A stretch of DNA of 64,000 nt from Longimicrobiales bacterium. Its GTDB lineage: Bacteria; Gemmatimonadota; Gemmatimonadetes; Longimicrobiales; Gaopeijiaceae. The position numbers and the translations under genes were made by a program. Where the stretch lies: positions 2,432,001-2,496,000 of the forward strand of contig OZ220732.1 in the NCBI GenBank assembly GCA_965116905.1, in the 5' to 3' direction. Positions 38,418-47,324 of the stretch are shown piece by piece. A model generated the notes under the pieces. It was not told the origin of the DNA. It saw nothing but the letters and a program-made list of their open reading frames with translations, and did no database searches. Numbering within the stretch: position 1 is the first letter of the stretch; each line of letters begins with the position of its first letter.

Positions 38418-41400
38418 CTATTGTCGCCATGACCGCGCACCCCGGGCCCGCTTCCCGGCACCCGGGACGAGCGCGTACTGTGCCCCTTGGCTCGCGTCCT
38501 GCGACGAAGACGCGGGAACGTAGACGGCAAACCGGAGCTGGGCGCTCCTGCCCCCTGGATCCGTGGCGGTGACCTGGCCGAAGGAGGCTCCGTCGGCGAC
38601 CTTGCCGATAATGTGGAGCGTGTCGCCCGAGACCACGACCGTAGCAGCCGCACCCACCGTGGCTGAATAGGTCAGTTCATCGCCGTCCGGGTCGCTGAAG
38701 TAGTTGGAAAGCAGATAGGTCAGGGTGTCGCCGACGTTGACTTCCAGAATGCCATCGAAGCTGCCCGTCGCTCGGGGCGGCCGGTTGCTCTCGACCGTTA
38801 CCGGGAACGATTGCGAGGCCGACAGCCCACCCAGGTCCGTCGCGGTCATCGTCACCGTGGCACTCCCCACGGCAACGCCTCGGACCTCCGCATAGATCCC
38901 GTAATAGCCGTCGTTCTGGACAGAAACGGAGACAACGGCCGTGTTCGACGACGATACCGATAGCCTGAGTTCGTCACCGGCATCATCGTCGTCGAAGTGC
39001 CCGTTGAGGGTGAATATGTCGACCTGCCCCGGTGAGGACGTCAGCGAGCCTGCCTCGGCCTTTACCGTGGGTGCGTTGTTGCCGGCGTTGCCGACCTTGA
39101 CCGTGAAATCGACCGATTCCGACAAGCCATCGGGATCCCGCGCCGTAATCGTAATCGTTGCGGTCCCGTCGGACTTGCCAACAACCCCGAACAGGAACTC
39201 GTCGCTCTGGTTGATGCCTGCCACCGCGGTGTTCGAACTGCTCCCGCTGTAGGTCAGTTCATCGCCATCGGGATCTTCGAAGTAATGCCATCCCTGCACC
39301 GGCAGCTGCTTGCCCTTCACGAGGGCCCGATCCGGAGGCTGCGCTGTCACGATCGGCGCCCGGTTGGACGTTGGTGGTGTCTTGCTGACGGTAACATCGA
39401 AGCTGATCCTGGAGGACAGTCCCGCGGGATCCTCGCCCGCGACCGATATCGACGCGATTCCTTCGGCGACGGCGTTTACCGTCAGGTCGCTGCCGGACAG
39501 TGAAGTGGTTGCCACCGCCTCGTTGGAACTCGACGCGGCAAAGGTGAGATTGTCGTCGTCGGGATCGGTGAAGTGGTTTCGCAGGTTTCTCGAAACACTG
39601 CCGTCGAGGCCCACGTGCTGATCCACAATCGGGGCCGCAGGGGCAGGTGGGCGGTTGCCGGGATTGGTCTGTTCGACGATAACCCGGAAACGGGTCGAGA
39701 CCGAGGCCCCATGGGGATCCGCTGCGGTTACGGTAACGCTGGCGGTGCCTTCTCCGACCGCGGTCACCGTCATTTCGTCGTCGTCAACTTCGACCTTTGT
39801 CACCGTCCTGTCGGAACTCTTCGCATTAAAGGTCAGGTCGTCCTTGTCGGGATCACTGAAGTAGCGGTCGAGATCAAATGTTTCGGTCTCGCCCTCATCG
39901 AAACTTCGCGTAGCGATGTCGCGTGTCGCGAGCGGCGGCCGGTTGGGTACCGTCACCGGGAAGGTCAGCGTGGCGACCAGACCCTCGGTATCGGTCGCCG
40001 ATACGGTCACGCTCGCCTCGCCCCCCGACAACGCGGTAACGGTGACGGTGGAGCCGGTCGCGGAAGCCGCAGCAACCGTCAGGTCCGAGGTTGTTACCGC
40101 ATAGGTCAGCGCGTCCCCGTCCGGATCGCTGAAGTAGTCCGCCGCTTCGACCGTGAACACCGAGCCGACGCGCACGGTCTGTGCCGGGATGGATCCCACC
40201 GCCAGCGGCGGCTGGTTGGGCACCGTGACCACGAAATCCTGGGTGACCGCCAGGTCCTCCGTGTCGGTCGCCGTCACGGTGATCGTGGTCTCACCCTTCG
40301 CGACCGCCACGACACTGACGGAACTCGCCACGACCGACACCAGGGCCACGCTGCTGTCAGCCGAAACGGCCGTATAGGTCAGCGAGTCGCCGTCCGGATC
40401 GCTGAACAACGGTGCCATGTCGAGGTCTTCGGATTGGCCCACGCCCACCACCTGGGCGGGAATCGACTGCATGACGAGAGGTGGCCGGTTGGGGACCATC
40501 ACGGCAAAGCTCTGCGTCGCCGTGAGCCCTTCGGTGTCCGTCGCGGTCACGCTCACGCTTGCCTTGCCCTTCGCGTGCGCCGTGACCGTGATCATGCTTT
40601 CCACGACCGAAGTCGACGCGATCAGCGTGTCGCTGGCCACGGCCTTGTAGGACAGCGCGTCCCCGTCCGGATCACTGAAAAAGGGCGAGACGTCCACCAT
40701 GGCGCTGTCGGCCACTTCGACGGTGTGTTCGGGCACCGAACCCTCCGCGAACGGCGGCCGGTTGGGAACCATTACCAAAAAGCTCTGGACGGCATTGAGG
40801 CCGCCGGGATCGATCGCGGTCAGCGTGACCGTGGCCGTTCCCTTCGCAATCGCAACGACCGTCAGCATGGCCTCTGCAACGGAAGCGTTCACCAGGCTGC
40901 TGTCTGCCGCCACTTCGTAGGTGAGTCCCTGGCCGTCGGGTTCACTGAAAAAGGCCGAGACGTTCACCGTCGAAGAGTCGCCCACGGCGATTTCCCGATC
41001 CTCGATCTGGCCGATCGCCAAAGGCGGCCGATTGGGGACCAGCACGCTCATGCTCTGTTGGGCCTTCAGACCGTTGTTGTCGGCCAGAATGGTCACCAGC
41101 GCATCGCCGGGACTCACGGCCGTGACGGTGACGGTCGCGCCCGCACCGCTGACCGCCACCACACCCGCATCCGATGTCCACACCTTGTAGGCCAGGGGGT
41201 TCCCGGCAGGATCATCGAAACACGCGGTGACCGTCGCGGACTCACCCACCACAAGGGTCTGTTGCGGCAGCGCGCCGCAGACGACCGGGGGTCCGGGGGC
41301 TTCGCAGGCCGAGAGGCCCGACAGCATCGCCAGCGCTGCGAGCGCGACCCCGCGGAACCTTCGTTGGGAACGTCGGAGTTCGGAGATTCTCGCCGACAAC

Positions 41401-41444
41401 TTGACCTGCATCATCATCTCGACTGGCTTCGCTCGGGTCCACAT
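38418..41444 (-). CDS. surface lipoprotein with ~10 Ig/cadherin-like repeats
   Basis: Lipobox LSAC. About 88-aa repeats NRPP...FSDPDGDxLTY...ATDxxGL. GGGAGG RBS before ATG 41444. Confidence 0.85.
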   Translation of the reverse strand: MWTRAKPVEMMMQVKLSARISELRRSQRRFRGVALAALAMLSGLSACEAPGPPVVCGALPQQTLVVGESATVTACFDDPAGNPLAYKVWTSDAGVVAVSGAGATVTVTAVSPGDALVTILADNNGLKAQQSMSVLVPNRPPLAIGQIEDREIAVGDSSTVNVSAFFSEPDGQGLTYEVAADSSLVNASVAEAMLTVVAIAKGTATVTLTAIDPGGLNAVQSFLVMVPNRPPFAEGSVPEHTVEVADSAMVDVSPFFSDPDGDALSYKAVASDTLIASTSVVESMITVTAHAKGKASVSVTATDTEGLTATQSFAVMVPNRPPLVMQSIPAQVVGVGQSEDLDMAPLFSDPDGDSLTYTAVSADSSVALVSVVASSVSVVAVAKGETTITVTATDTEDLAVTQDFVVTVPNQPPLAVGSIPAQTVRVGSVFTVEAADYFSDPDGDALTYAVTTSDLTVAAASATGSTVTVTALSGGEASVTVSATDTEGLVATLTFPVTVPNRPPLATRDIATRSFDEGETETFDLDRYFSDPDKDDLTFNAKSSDRTVTKVEVDDDEMTVTAVGEGTASVTVTAADPHGASVSTRFRVIVEQTNPGNRPPAPAAPIVDQHVGLDGSVSRNLRNHFTDPDDDNLTFAASSSNEAVATTSLSGSDLTVNAVAEGIASISVAGEDPAGLSSRISFDVTVSKTPPTSNRAPIVTAQPPDRALVKGKQLPVQGWHYFEDPDGDELTYSGSSSNTAVAGINQSDEFLFGVVGKSDGTATITITARDPDGLSESVDFTVKVGNAGNNAPTVKAEAGSLTSSPGQVDIFTLNGHFDDDDAGDELRLSVSSSNTAVVSVSVQNDGYYGIYAEVRGVAVGSATVTMTATDLGGLSASQSFPVTVESNRPPRATGSFDGILEVNVGDTLTYLLSNYFSDPDGDELTYSATVGAAATVVVSGDTLHIIGKVADGASFGQVTATDPGGRSAQLRFAVYVPASSSQDASQGAQYALVPGAGKRARGARSWRQ

Positions 41445-41792
41445 CCGTTCGCCTCCCTGCGGCTTCTTCACTTCCACCCTTCGTCGGCTCCCTATCAGGA
41501 ACTCCCGCCACCTCCGCGCCACTCCCGCCGACGCGACCAAAGCGTGCCCCAAGCCTGTCGAAAACCTATGGGTGGACTCCTGAATCACGCAATGGTCTGG
41601 CAGCACGGACCCATCGTACCGGAATAGCAATGTTCGGGGGTTCGAGCACAACAGAATTATCCCCCTGCGATCCGGGCATCGCGGTCGCGCGACCGTGCCG
41701 CACCCCTATGGCCATCGGACACCCAAGGCGGTAGCGTATCAGCGCCGTGGCTGTTCCATCCGTACGCCCCGCAAACAAGGAGTCTGAACGTC

Positions 41793-43286
41793 GTGTCCAC
41801 CCGATCCCAGGTCTTCACCACCCGCTGGGGAATGCTCCTCGCCATGCTCGGCATGGCCGTCGGCACCGGCAACATCTGGCGTTTCCCACGCATCGCGGCG
41901 TCGAACGGGGGCGGATCGTTCCTGGTTGCGTGGGCGGTCTTCCTGCTCTTGTGGTCGGTTCCCCTGCTGATCCTCGAGTTCGGGATGGGGAAGGCGACGC
42001 GCCGCGGTACCATCGGTTCGTTCATCAAGACGATCGGACCGAAGTTCGCGTGGATGGGGGCGTGGATCGCCTGGGTCGCCGTCGCGATCATGTTCTACTA
42101 CTCGGTGGTGATGGGCTGGACGATCCGCTTCTTCGTCGCAACGCTCTCGGGCGAAATTCCCACGGCGGTCCCGGGCAGCTTCTGGGACGCGTTCAACTCC
42201 ACGCCGCAGGCCCTCATCTTCCACGCGATCGCGGTGGGGCTCGGCGTCTTCGTCGTGTCGCGCGGCGTGCGCGGGATCGAAAAGGCGGCGCGGTTCCTGA
42301 TCCCCTCGCTGATCATCCTCGTGGTGGTGCTCGCGATCAAGGCGCTGACGCTGCCCGGGGCGTCGGCCGGGCTGGCGTTCCTCTTCACTCCGGACTTCAG
42401 TCAGCTTGGCGATGTCAGGATCTGGCTGGAAGCGCTCACCCAGAACGCGTGGGACACGGGCGCGGGATGGGGACTGGTGCTGTCGTACGCGGTCTACATG
42501 CGGGCCCGCGAGGACACCGCGCTCAACGCCTTCGTGATCGGCTTCGGCAACAACTCGATGTCGCTGCTGGCCGGCATCATGGTGCTCTGCACGATCTTCT
42601 CGATCATGCCCGAGGCGGCCGGCGAGATCGTGGGTGCGGGCAACGAGGGGCTGACCTTCATCTGGGTGCCGCAGCTCTTCGCCCAGATGGCGGGCGGCCA
42701 GTTCTTCATGGCGCTCTTCTTCCTGGCGCTGATCTTCGCCGCGTGGTCGAGCCTGGTGGCCATGATCGAACTGGCGTCGCGCATCCTGATCGACCTGGGG
42801 CTGACCCGACGTCACGCGATCATCGCGGTTGGCTCGGCCGGCTTCCTCTTCGGCATCCCGTCCGCGCTCCGGATCGGCATTTTCCAGAATCAGGACTGGG
42901 TGTGGGGCGTCGGCCTCATGCTGTCGGGTTTCTTCTTCGCTTTCGCCGTGATCAGGTACGGCGTGACGAAGTGGCGCGAGAAGTTCATCAACACCGGCGA
43001 CTCCGACGTGCGGATCGGGAAATGGTGGGACTGGGCGATCCGCCTGGTGATGGTCCAGGCCGTGGTGCTGATGGGCTGGTGGCTCGTACAGGCCGCCGGG
43101 GACGACTTCGGCTCCGCCGCGACATGGACGCTCTTCTCGCCGTACAACGTGGGCTCGGTGCTGATCCAGTTCGGGGTGGTGATCCTGGTTCTGCTGGCAT
43201 TGAATCGCTGGCTCGTGGCCCGGGTTGCGGCGGCGAGCGGCGGACCAGCTCCCGCAAGCTCCGCCGGCGATGGCGGAGGCGGGTAG
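41793..43286 (+). CDS. sodium-dependent transporter, NSS/SNF family
   Basis: GMAVGTGNIWRFP..A.NGGGSF, FYYSVVMGW, GIEKA, GLTF; about 12 TM segments. Confidence 0.93.
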   Translation: MSTRSQVFTTRWGMLLAMLGMAVGTGNIWRFPRIAASNGGGSFLVAWAVFLLLWSVPLLILEFGMGKATRRGTIGSFIKTIGPKFAWMGAWIAWVAVAIMFYYSVVMGWTIRFFVATLSGEIPTAVPGSFWDAFNSTPQALIFHAIAVGLGVFVVSRGVRGIEKAARFLIPSLIILVVVLAIKALTLPGASAGLAFLFTPDFSQLGDVRIWLEALTQNAWDTGAGWGLVLSYAVYMRAREDTALNAFVIGFGNNSMSLLAGIMVLCTIFSIMPEAAGEIVGAGNEGLTFIWVPQLFAQMAGGQFFMALFFLALIFAAWSSLVAMIELASRILIDLGLTRRHAIIAVGSAGFLFGIPSALRIGIFQNQDWVWGVGLMLSGFFFAFAVIRYGVTKWREKFINTGDSDVRIGKWWDWAIRLVMVQAVVLMGWWLVQAAGDDFGSAATWTLFSPYNVGSVLIQFGVVILVLLALNRWLVARVAAASGGPAPASSAGDGGGG

Positions 43287-43304
43287 GCGCCTGCGGCGAA
43301 GAGC

Positions 43305-44174
43305 GTGGCCACGCACGATGCATACGCCCGGCTGACTCCCTACGAGCTGCTGCAGCCGGACGCAGGGTTTCCGGACCGTCACTTTCCGGGGATTGCGGAC
43401 GAAGCGGACCAGCGGGGCGCCGACCCCGCCAACCCCGCCGCTTTCGTGATGCTGGGCTCGGTGCAGGGGGCGCTCGCCGACCTCCGCGCCGAAGACGCCG
43501 CGCCCGAGTCCGCCAACGACCACGGCAGCGTGCTCTTCTTCGCCTACCACCTGTGGCGGACCGAAGGAACGGTCGTGCTCGCGCAACAAAAAACGTTGCG
43601 CGCGCTTTTGTCGGGCGAAGGCGAACCGTGGTCCACGGATCATAAAACCATGTGGGAAAAGGAAATAACCGAAAAAGCAGGGTACGTTCAACTGCCGCAG
43701 CATTTCGTGTGGCTCGAAGAGGCGCGCAACGATCCGCAGGAGTCACGCGACGTTTCACAGGAAACGCGGGATCCCCCCGAATCGGTCGACGGCTTCTTCT
43801 GGTTCGGCGACTCCCACGGAGCGCTCCACCTGTCCCTGGTCGCCGGCATGCGCAGTGATCGTCCCGGTTTTGCCGTCGTGCCCGTCCCGCCGCTGCCGCT
43901 CGATAGCCTGCCGGATTGGGCCGCGGGCCCCGCGCGCGAAGGCGGCGGTGACTTTGCCACCTCACTGCCTGGCGCCGAACTCGATGGCCTCCTGGGCATC
44001 CGTACGCCGGCCGAAGTGTTCAAGCTGGCGGCGCTGCTACTCGGTCGAATGGCCGAGGAGCGGCCCGAGGCGTCCCCGCCGCCGGAAGTCGTCCCTCAGC
44101 CTCCGGGCACCCGCGAGGACCGCCCCACGGCCGCCGGACCTCGCCCGTCGGCTCTGCCCTACGCTACCCTCTGA
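43305..44174 (+). CDS. hypothetical protein
   Basis: Natural-looking ORF (RLTPYEL, GYVQLPQHFVW, VDGFFW) filling the gap between the NSS gene and nth. Confidence 0.75.
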   Translation: MATHDAYARLTPYELLQPDAGFPDRHFPGIADEADQRGADPANPAAFVMLGSVQGALADLRAEDAAPESANDHGSVLFFAYHLWRTEGTVVLAQQKTLRALLSGEGEPWSTDHKTMWEKEITEKAGYVQLPQHFVWLEEARNDPQESRDVSQETRDPPESVDGFFWFGDSHGALHLSLVAGMRSDRPGFAVVPVPPLPLDSLPDWAAGPAREGGGDFATSLPGAELDGLLGIRTPAEVFKLAALLLGRMAEERPEASPPPEVVPQPPGTREDRPTAAGPRPSALPYATL

Positions 44175-44195
44175 GCCCCTCCCTGTGACTGACCC

Positions 44196-44849
44196 ATGAG
44201 CCCCCGCGAATCGAAGAAGGCCAGGACGGCCCGCGCCGCCGAGATCTACGACATCCTCGAGGCCGAGTACCCTGACGCCGAATGCGCCTTGCGCCACGCG
44301 TCGCCCTACGAACTCGCCGTTGCGACGATCCTCTCGGCCCAGTGCACCGATGCCCGCGTGAACATGGTCACGCCCGAACTGTTCCGCCGCTACCCGGACC
44401 CGTACGAGCTGGCGGCCGCGCTCCCGCACGAGCTCGAGGAGGTCATCCGCTCGACCGGCTTCTTCCGGAACAAGACCCGCAACCTGATCGGCATGGCCAA
44501 CGCCCTGATCGACGAGCACGGCGGCGAGCTCCCCCGCAACATGAAGGAGCTCTCGGCGCTCCCCGGCATCGGGCGCAAAACGGCCAACGTCATCCTGGGA
44601 AACGCCTTCGGGATCGATGAGGGCGTGGTCGTCGACACGCACGTGAAGCGCCTCTCGGGCCGCATGCGCTTCACCACGCACACCAACCCGGTCAAGATCG
44701 AAAAGGACCTGATGGCGATCTTTCCGCGCGGCGTCTGGACGATGCTGGCGCATCTGCTCATCTATCATGGGCGCCAGGTCTGCAACGCTCGCAAGCCGCG
44801 CTGCAACCAGTGCGCGATCTCGCACCTGTGCCCGTCTAGCGCGGTGTGA
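44196..44849 (+). CDS. nth: endonuclease III
   Basis: ILSAQCTD, HhH LPGIGRKTANV, VDTHV, and a C-x6-C-x2-C-x5-C Fe-S motif. Confidence 0.97.
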   Translation: MSPRESKKARTARAAEIYDILEAEYPDAECALRHASPYELAVATILSAQCTDARVNMVTPELFRRYPDPYELAAALPHELEEVIRSTGFFRNKTRNLIGMANALIDEHGGELPRNMKELSALPGIGRKTANVILGNAFGIDEGVVVDTHVKRLSGRMRFTTHTNPVKIEKDLMAIFPRGVWTMLAHLLIYHGRQVCNARKPRCNQCAISHLCPSSAV

Positions 44850-44875
44850 GGCCACCCCAACACAAGGACCTGAAG

Positions 44876-45460
44876 ATGCACACCCGATCCGACGCCGTCG
44901 CGCTCCTCGAGGAATGGGTCGCGAGCGAAGCGCTCAGGAGGCACATGTATGCCGTCGAGGCCGCGGTCCGGCACTACGCCCGCCTCATGGGCGAGGATGA
45001 GGACCTGTGGGGCCTGGCCGGGCTCCTGCACGACCTGGACTGGGAGAAGCATCCCGACGCCCACCCGCGGATCGGCGTGGCTCGGCTCCGCGAACTCGGC
45101 TATCCGGAAGAGGTCGTGCACGCGATCGAGGCCCACGCCTACCCCGACCGCACGGATGTCGTCCCCACGTCGCAACTCGATCGGGTGCTCTACGGCTGCG
45201 ACGAACTCAGCGGCCTCATCTACGCGTGCTGCCTCGTGCGGCCGAACGGGATCGACGACCTCAAGTCGAAGTCCGTGGCCAAGAAGATGAAGGACAAGTC
45301 GTTCGCGGCGGGCGTGCACCGCGACGCGGTCCACCGCGGCATCGAGCTGATCGGACTCCCGCGCGCCGAGCACATCCAGAACGTGATTGACGGACTAAGG
45401 ACGGTCGGGGATGTGCTGGAGGTGAGGGGGGTGGATCAGGCGAGGCGGCGGGCGGGGTGA
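44876..45460 (+). CDS. HD/HDIG domain metal-dependent hydrolase
   Basis: LRRHMYAVE, GLLHDLD, AIEAH, DELSGLI, KMKDKSFAAGV. Confidence 0.88.
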   Translation: MHTRSDAVALLEEWVASEALRRHMYAVEAAVRHYARLMGEDEDLWGLAGLLHDLDWEKHPDAHPRIGVARLRELGYPEEVVHAIEAHAYPDRTDVVPTSQLDRVLYGCDELSGLIYACCLVRPNGIDDLKSKSVAKKMKDKSFAAGVHRDAVHRGIELIGLPRAEHIQNVIDGLRTVGDVLEVRGVDQARRRAG

Positions 45461-45461
45461 G

Positions 45462-46823
45462 TCAAGGGTTGGCGAGGATTGTCTCCTGTAGCCGCCACAC
45501 CCAGCCGGCGGTTGCCTCCGACGGGATGTGTAGCACCCGCATTCCGCCTGGCTCAGCACGCGCCTTCTTTAGTCGTTCATACCACTTTTGCCAGTAATCG
45601 TCACAGACCCCGTTTGGCTCGACGATCCAACGACATCCTGGCGAGCCATCGTAGACGAGCCGCCTTACGTCTGGGTCGCTGTTGCTGGTCATGTCGTAGG
45701 TAAAGACCCACTCGGTTGGTGGTTTGCCAGCGGGTTCCTCCGACAGGGTGACCAACTCGGCCGCATCCACTGGCGCCGTCGGCATCGGCTGGTCTGCGAA
45801 CCCGCAATACACCATCCCCAGAGGCAGCATGCAGACGGCCGCTGCGGCGCCTCGCCTGCGAAGCCACCGGGGCGATTGAGCAAGCGATCTTTCGGAGACA
45901 AGCATCCTGATTCTCCTCTCAAGGGCCTGGTGACTTCGGCCGCTCGCAACGCCACTGGCGAATGCCGGGACCGGTGGCGTCGGCGGCCTGGACAGGAGCT
46001 CCACGACGCGGAGCAGGGACTTCGCATAGTCGCGCGGTGCACACCCGAGCGTCGCCGCACCCAACGCGTCACACGATGCCTCCTCCGTGGTCCTCAATTC
46101 ACGCCGTGCCCACCAGGCCACGGGGTTCCACCAGAAGGCCGAGCACGCGAGCCACTCGAGCCAGCGCACCAGGTGGTCGCGTCTGCGGACGTGTGCGAGT
46201 TCGTGGGCCAGCATGGCTCGGAGTTCATGCCGATCCAGGGCCGCCAGAAGAAACGACGGAACCACGACGCGGACCCTTCCACCGGTCCAGCAAACCATCG
46301 GGGACACGCGGGCGGCCGTGGTGTGAACCGCCGGAATGCGGGTCAAGCCCAGCCTGAGGCCAATGCCGGCGACCTCGTCTCGCAGTTCCGGTGGCGCGGG
46401 TTGCCAGGTTCGGACAAGCCAGTGCCGGAAGCGGAGGACCCGCAGTAGGGTCCACCCGAGCAAAAGGACCGTACCAAGGAGCCACATGAGCACAAGCCCG
46501 GCCTTTGCGTCCTGCGCGATTCGGGTGGGGGAGGGTGTGCCGAACTCGGGGCGCAGACCGTTGGCGGTACTGGCCTGAACCGGGGCAGTCGGGTCCGGAG
46601 AGAACGGAGACCCGCCAAAGCCCGCAGCAGCCGCACCGTCTGCCCCCGGAAGCACCGGAATCGCGACCACTGCCGGAAGCAGCAGCGCGACCAACACCAG
46701 CAACCAGAATCGGTGAATGAGGATGGGGTGACCCACACGCCGCTGCACGATCATTACCAAGCAAGCCAGCACAGCCGATACCAACAGTTTGGTAATACCG
46801 ACCTGAAGCACAACATCAATCAT
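45462..46823 (-). CDS. BlaR1-like M56 family metallopeptidase (signal transducer)
   Basis: TM segments, SPM, LAHELAHVRRRD, FWWNPVAW, EEASCD, LERRIRML. Confidence 0.9.
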   Translation of the reverse strand: MIDVVLQVGITKLLVSAVLACLVMIVQRRVGHPILIHRFWLLVLVALLLPAVVAIPVLPGADGAAAAGFGGSPFSPDPTAPVQASTANGLRPEFGTPSPTRIAQDAKAGLVLMWLLGTVLLLGWTLLRVLRFRHWLVRTWQPAPPELRDEVAGIGLRLGLTRIPAVHTTAARVSPMVCWTGGRVRVVVPSFLLAALDRHELRAMLAHELAHVRRRDHLVRWLEWLACSAFWWNPVAWWARRELRTTEEASCDALGAATLGCAPRDYAKSLLRVVELLSRPPTPPVPAFASGVASGRSHQALERRIRMLVSERSLAQSPRWLRRRGAAAAVCMLPLGMVYCGFADQPMPTAPVDAAELVTLSEEPAGKPPTEWVFTYDMTSNSDPDVRRLVYDGSPGCRWIVEPNGVCDDYWQKWYERLKKARAEPGGMRVLHIPSEATAGWVWRLQETILANP

Positions 46824-46824
46824 G

Positions 46825-47190
46825 TTACTCCTCCAGAATACGCCGCAGCTTGTCGATCTCGGCCGGCGAAAGCCGATTATCCGCCACAAGCCGCGTGATC
46901 ATCGGGACCAGCGAGCCGTGGGTGAGCCGGTTCGCGAGGGACTCCAGTTGCTCGCTCGCGTATTCCTCGCGGCTGATCGTGGGCGAGAACACGTTCACGC
47001 CCAGGTCGCGTGTGCGGACCACAACGCCCTTGGCGCGAAGCCGCTGCAGGAGGCGCTGGACGGTGCCGTGTTGCGGCTTGGCGACGTCGGGGTAGAGCTG
47101 GTCGAGGATCTGCCGGGCGGTGAGGCGGCCCTCCCTCCACAGCAGTTCCATGACCGCGAGTTCGGCGTTGGGTAGCGATGGCGTCGTCAC
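46825..47190 (-). CDS. BlaI/MecI/CopY family repressor
   Basis: AELAVMELLW, TVQRLLQRLRAKG, ISREEY, LSPAEIDKLRRIL. Confidence 0.92.
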   Translation of the reverse strand: MTTPSLPNAELAVMELLWREGRLTARQILDQLYPDVAKPQHGTVQRLLQRLRAKGVVVRTRDLGVNVFSPTISREEYASEQLESLANRLTHGSLVPMITRLVADNRLSPAEIDKLRRILEE

Positions 47191-47217
47191 GGTCGCTCTT
47201 TTACTCCGTCCACAAGC

Positions 47218-47267
47218 TTGACACGACAATATGTCGTAGTATTAAGACACAATGTCGTGGAAGTCAA
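47218..47267. promoter_or_regulatory. two BlaI-type operators, ACGACA-N3-TGTCGT (47223-47237) and AAGACA-N3-TGTCGT (47244-47258)
   Basis: Palindromes 21 bp apart in an AT-rich island upstream of blaI, flanked by TTGACA (+) and TTGACT (-) hexamers. Confidence 0.75.
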
Positions 47268-47324
47268 GTCATGATCGGGAATGGACTGGACGCGACCGCT
47301 CCGGGGCGGTCCGGACTTCCTCGT

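Noticed and set aside
39573..41627. 684-aa plus-strand ORF with apparent repeats
   Set aside because: Its repeats mirror the Ig-like gene on the opposite strand.
41739..43703. 654-aa minus-strand and 632-aa alternate-frame ORFs
   Set aside because: Shadows of the NSS transporter.
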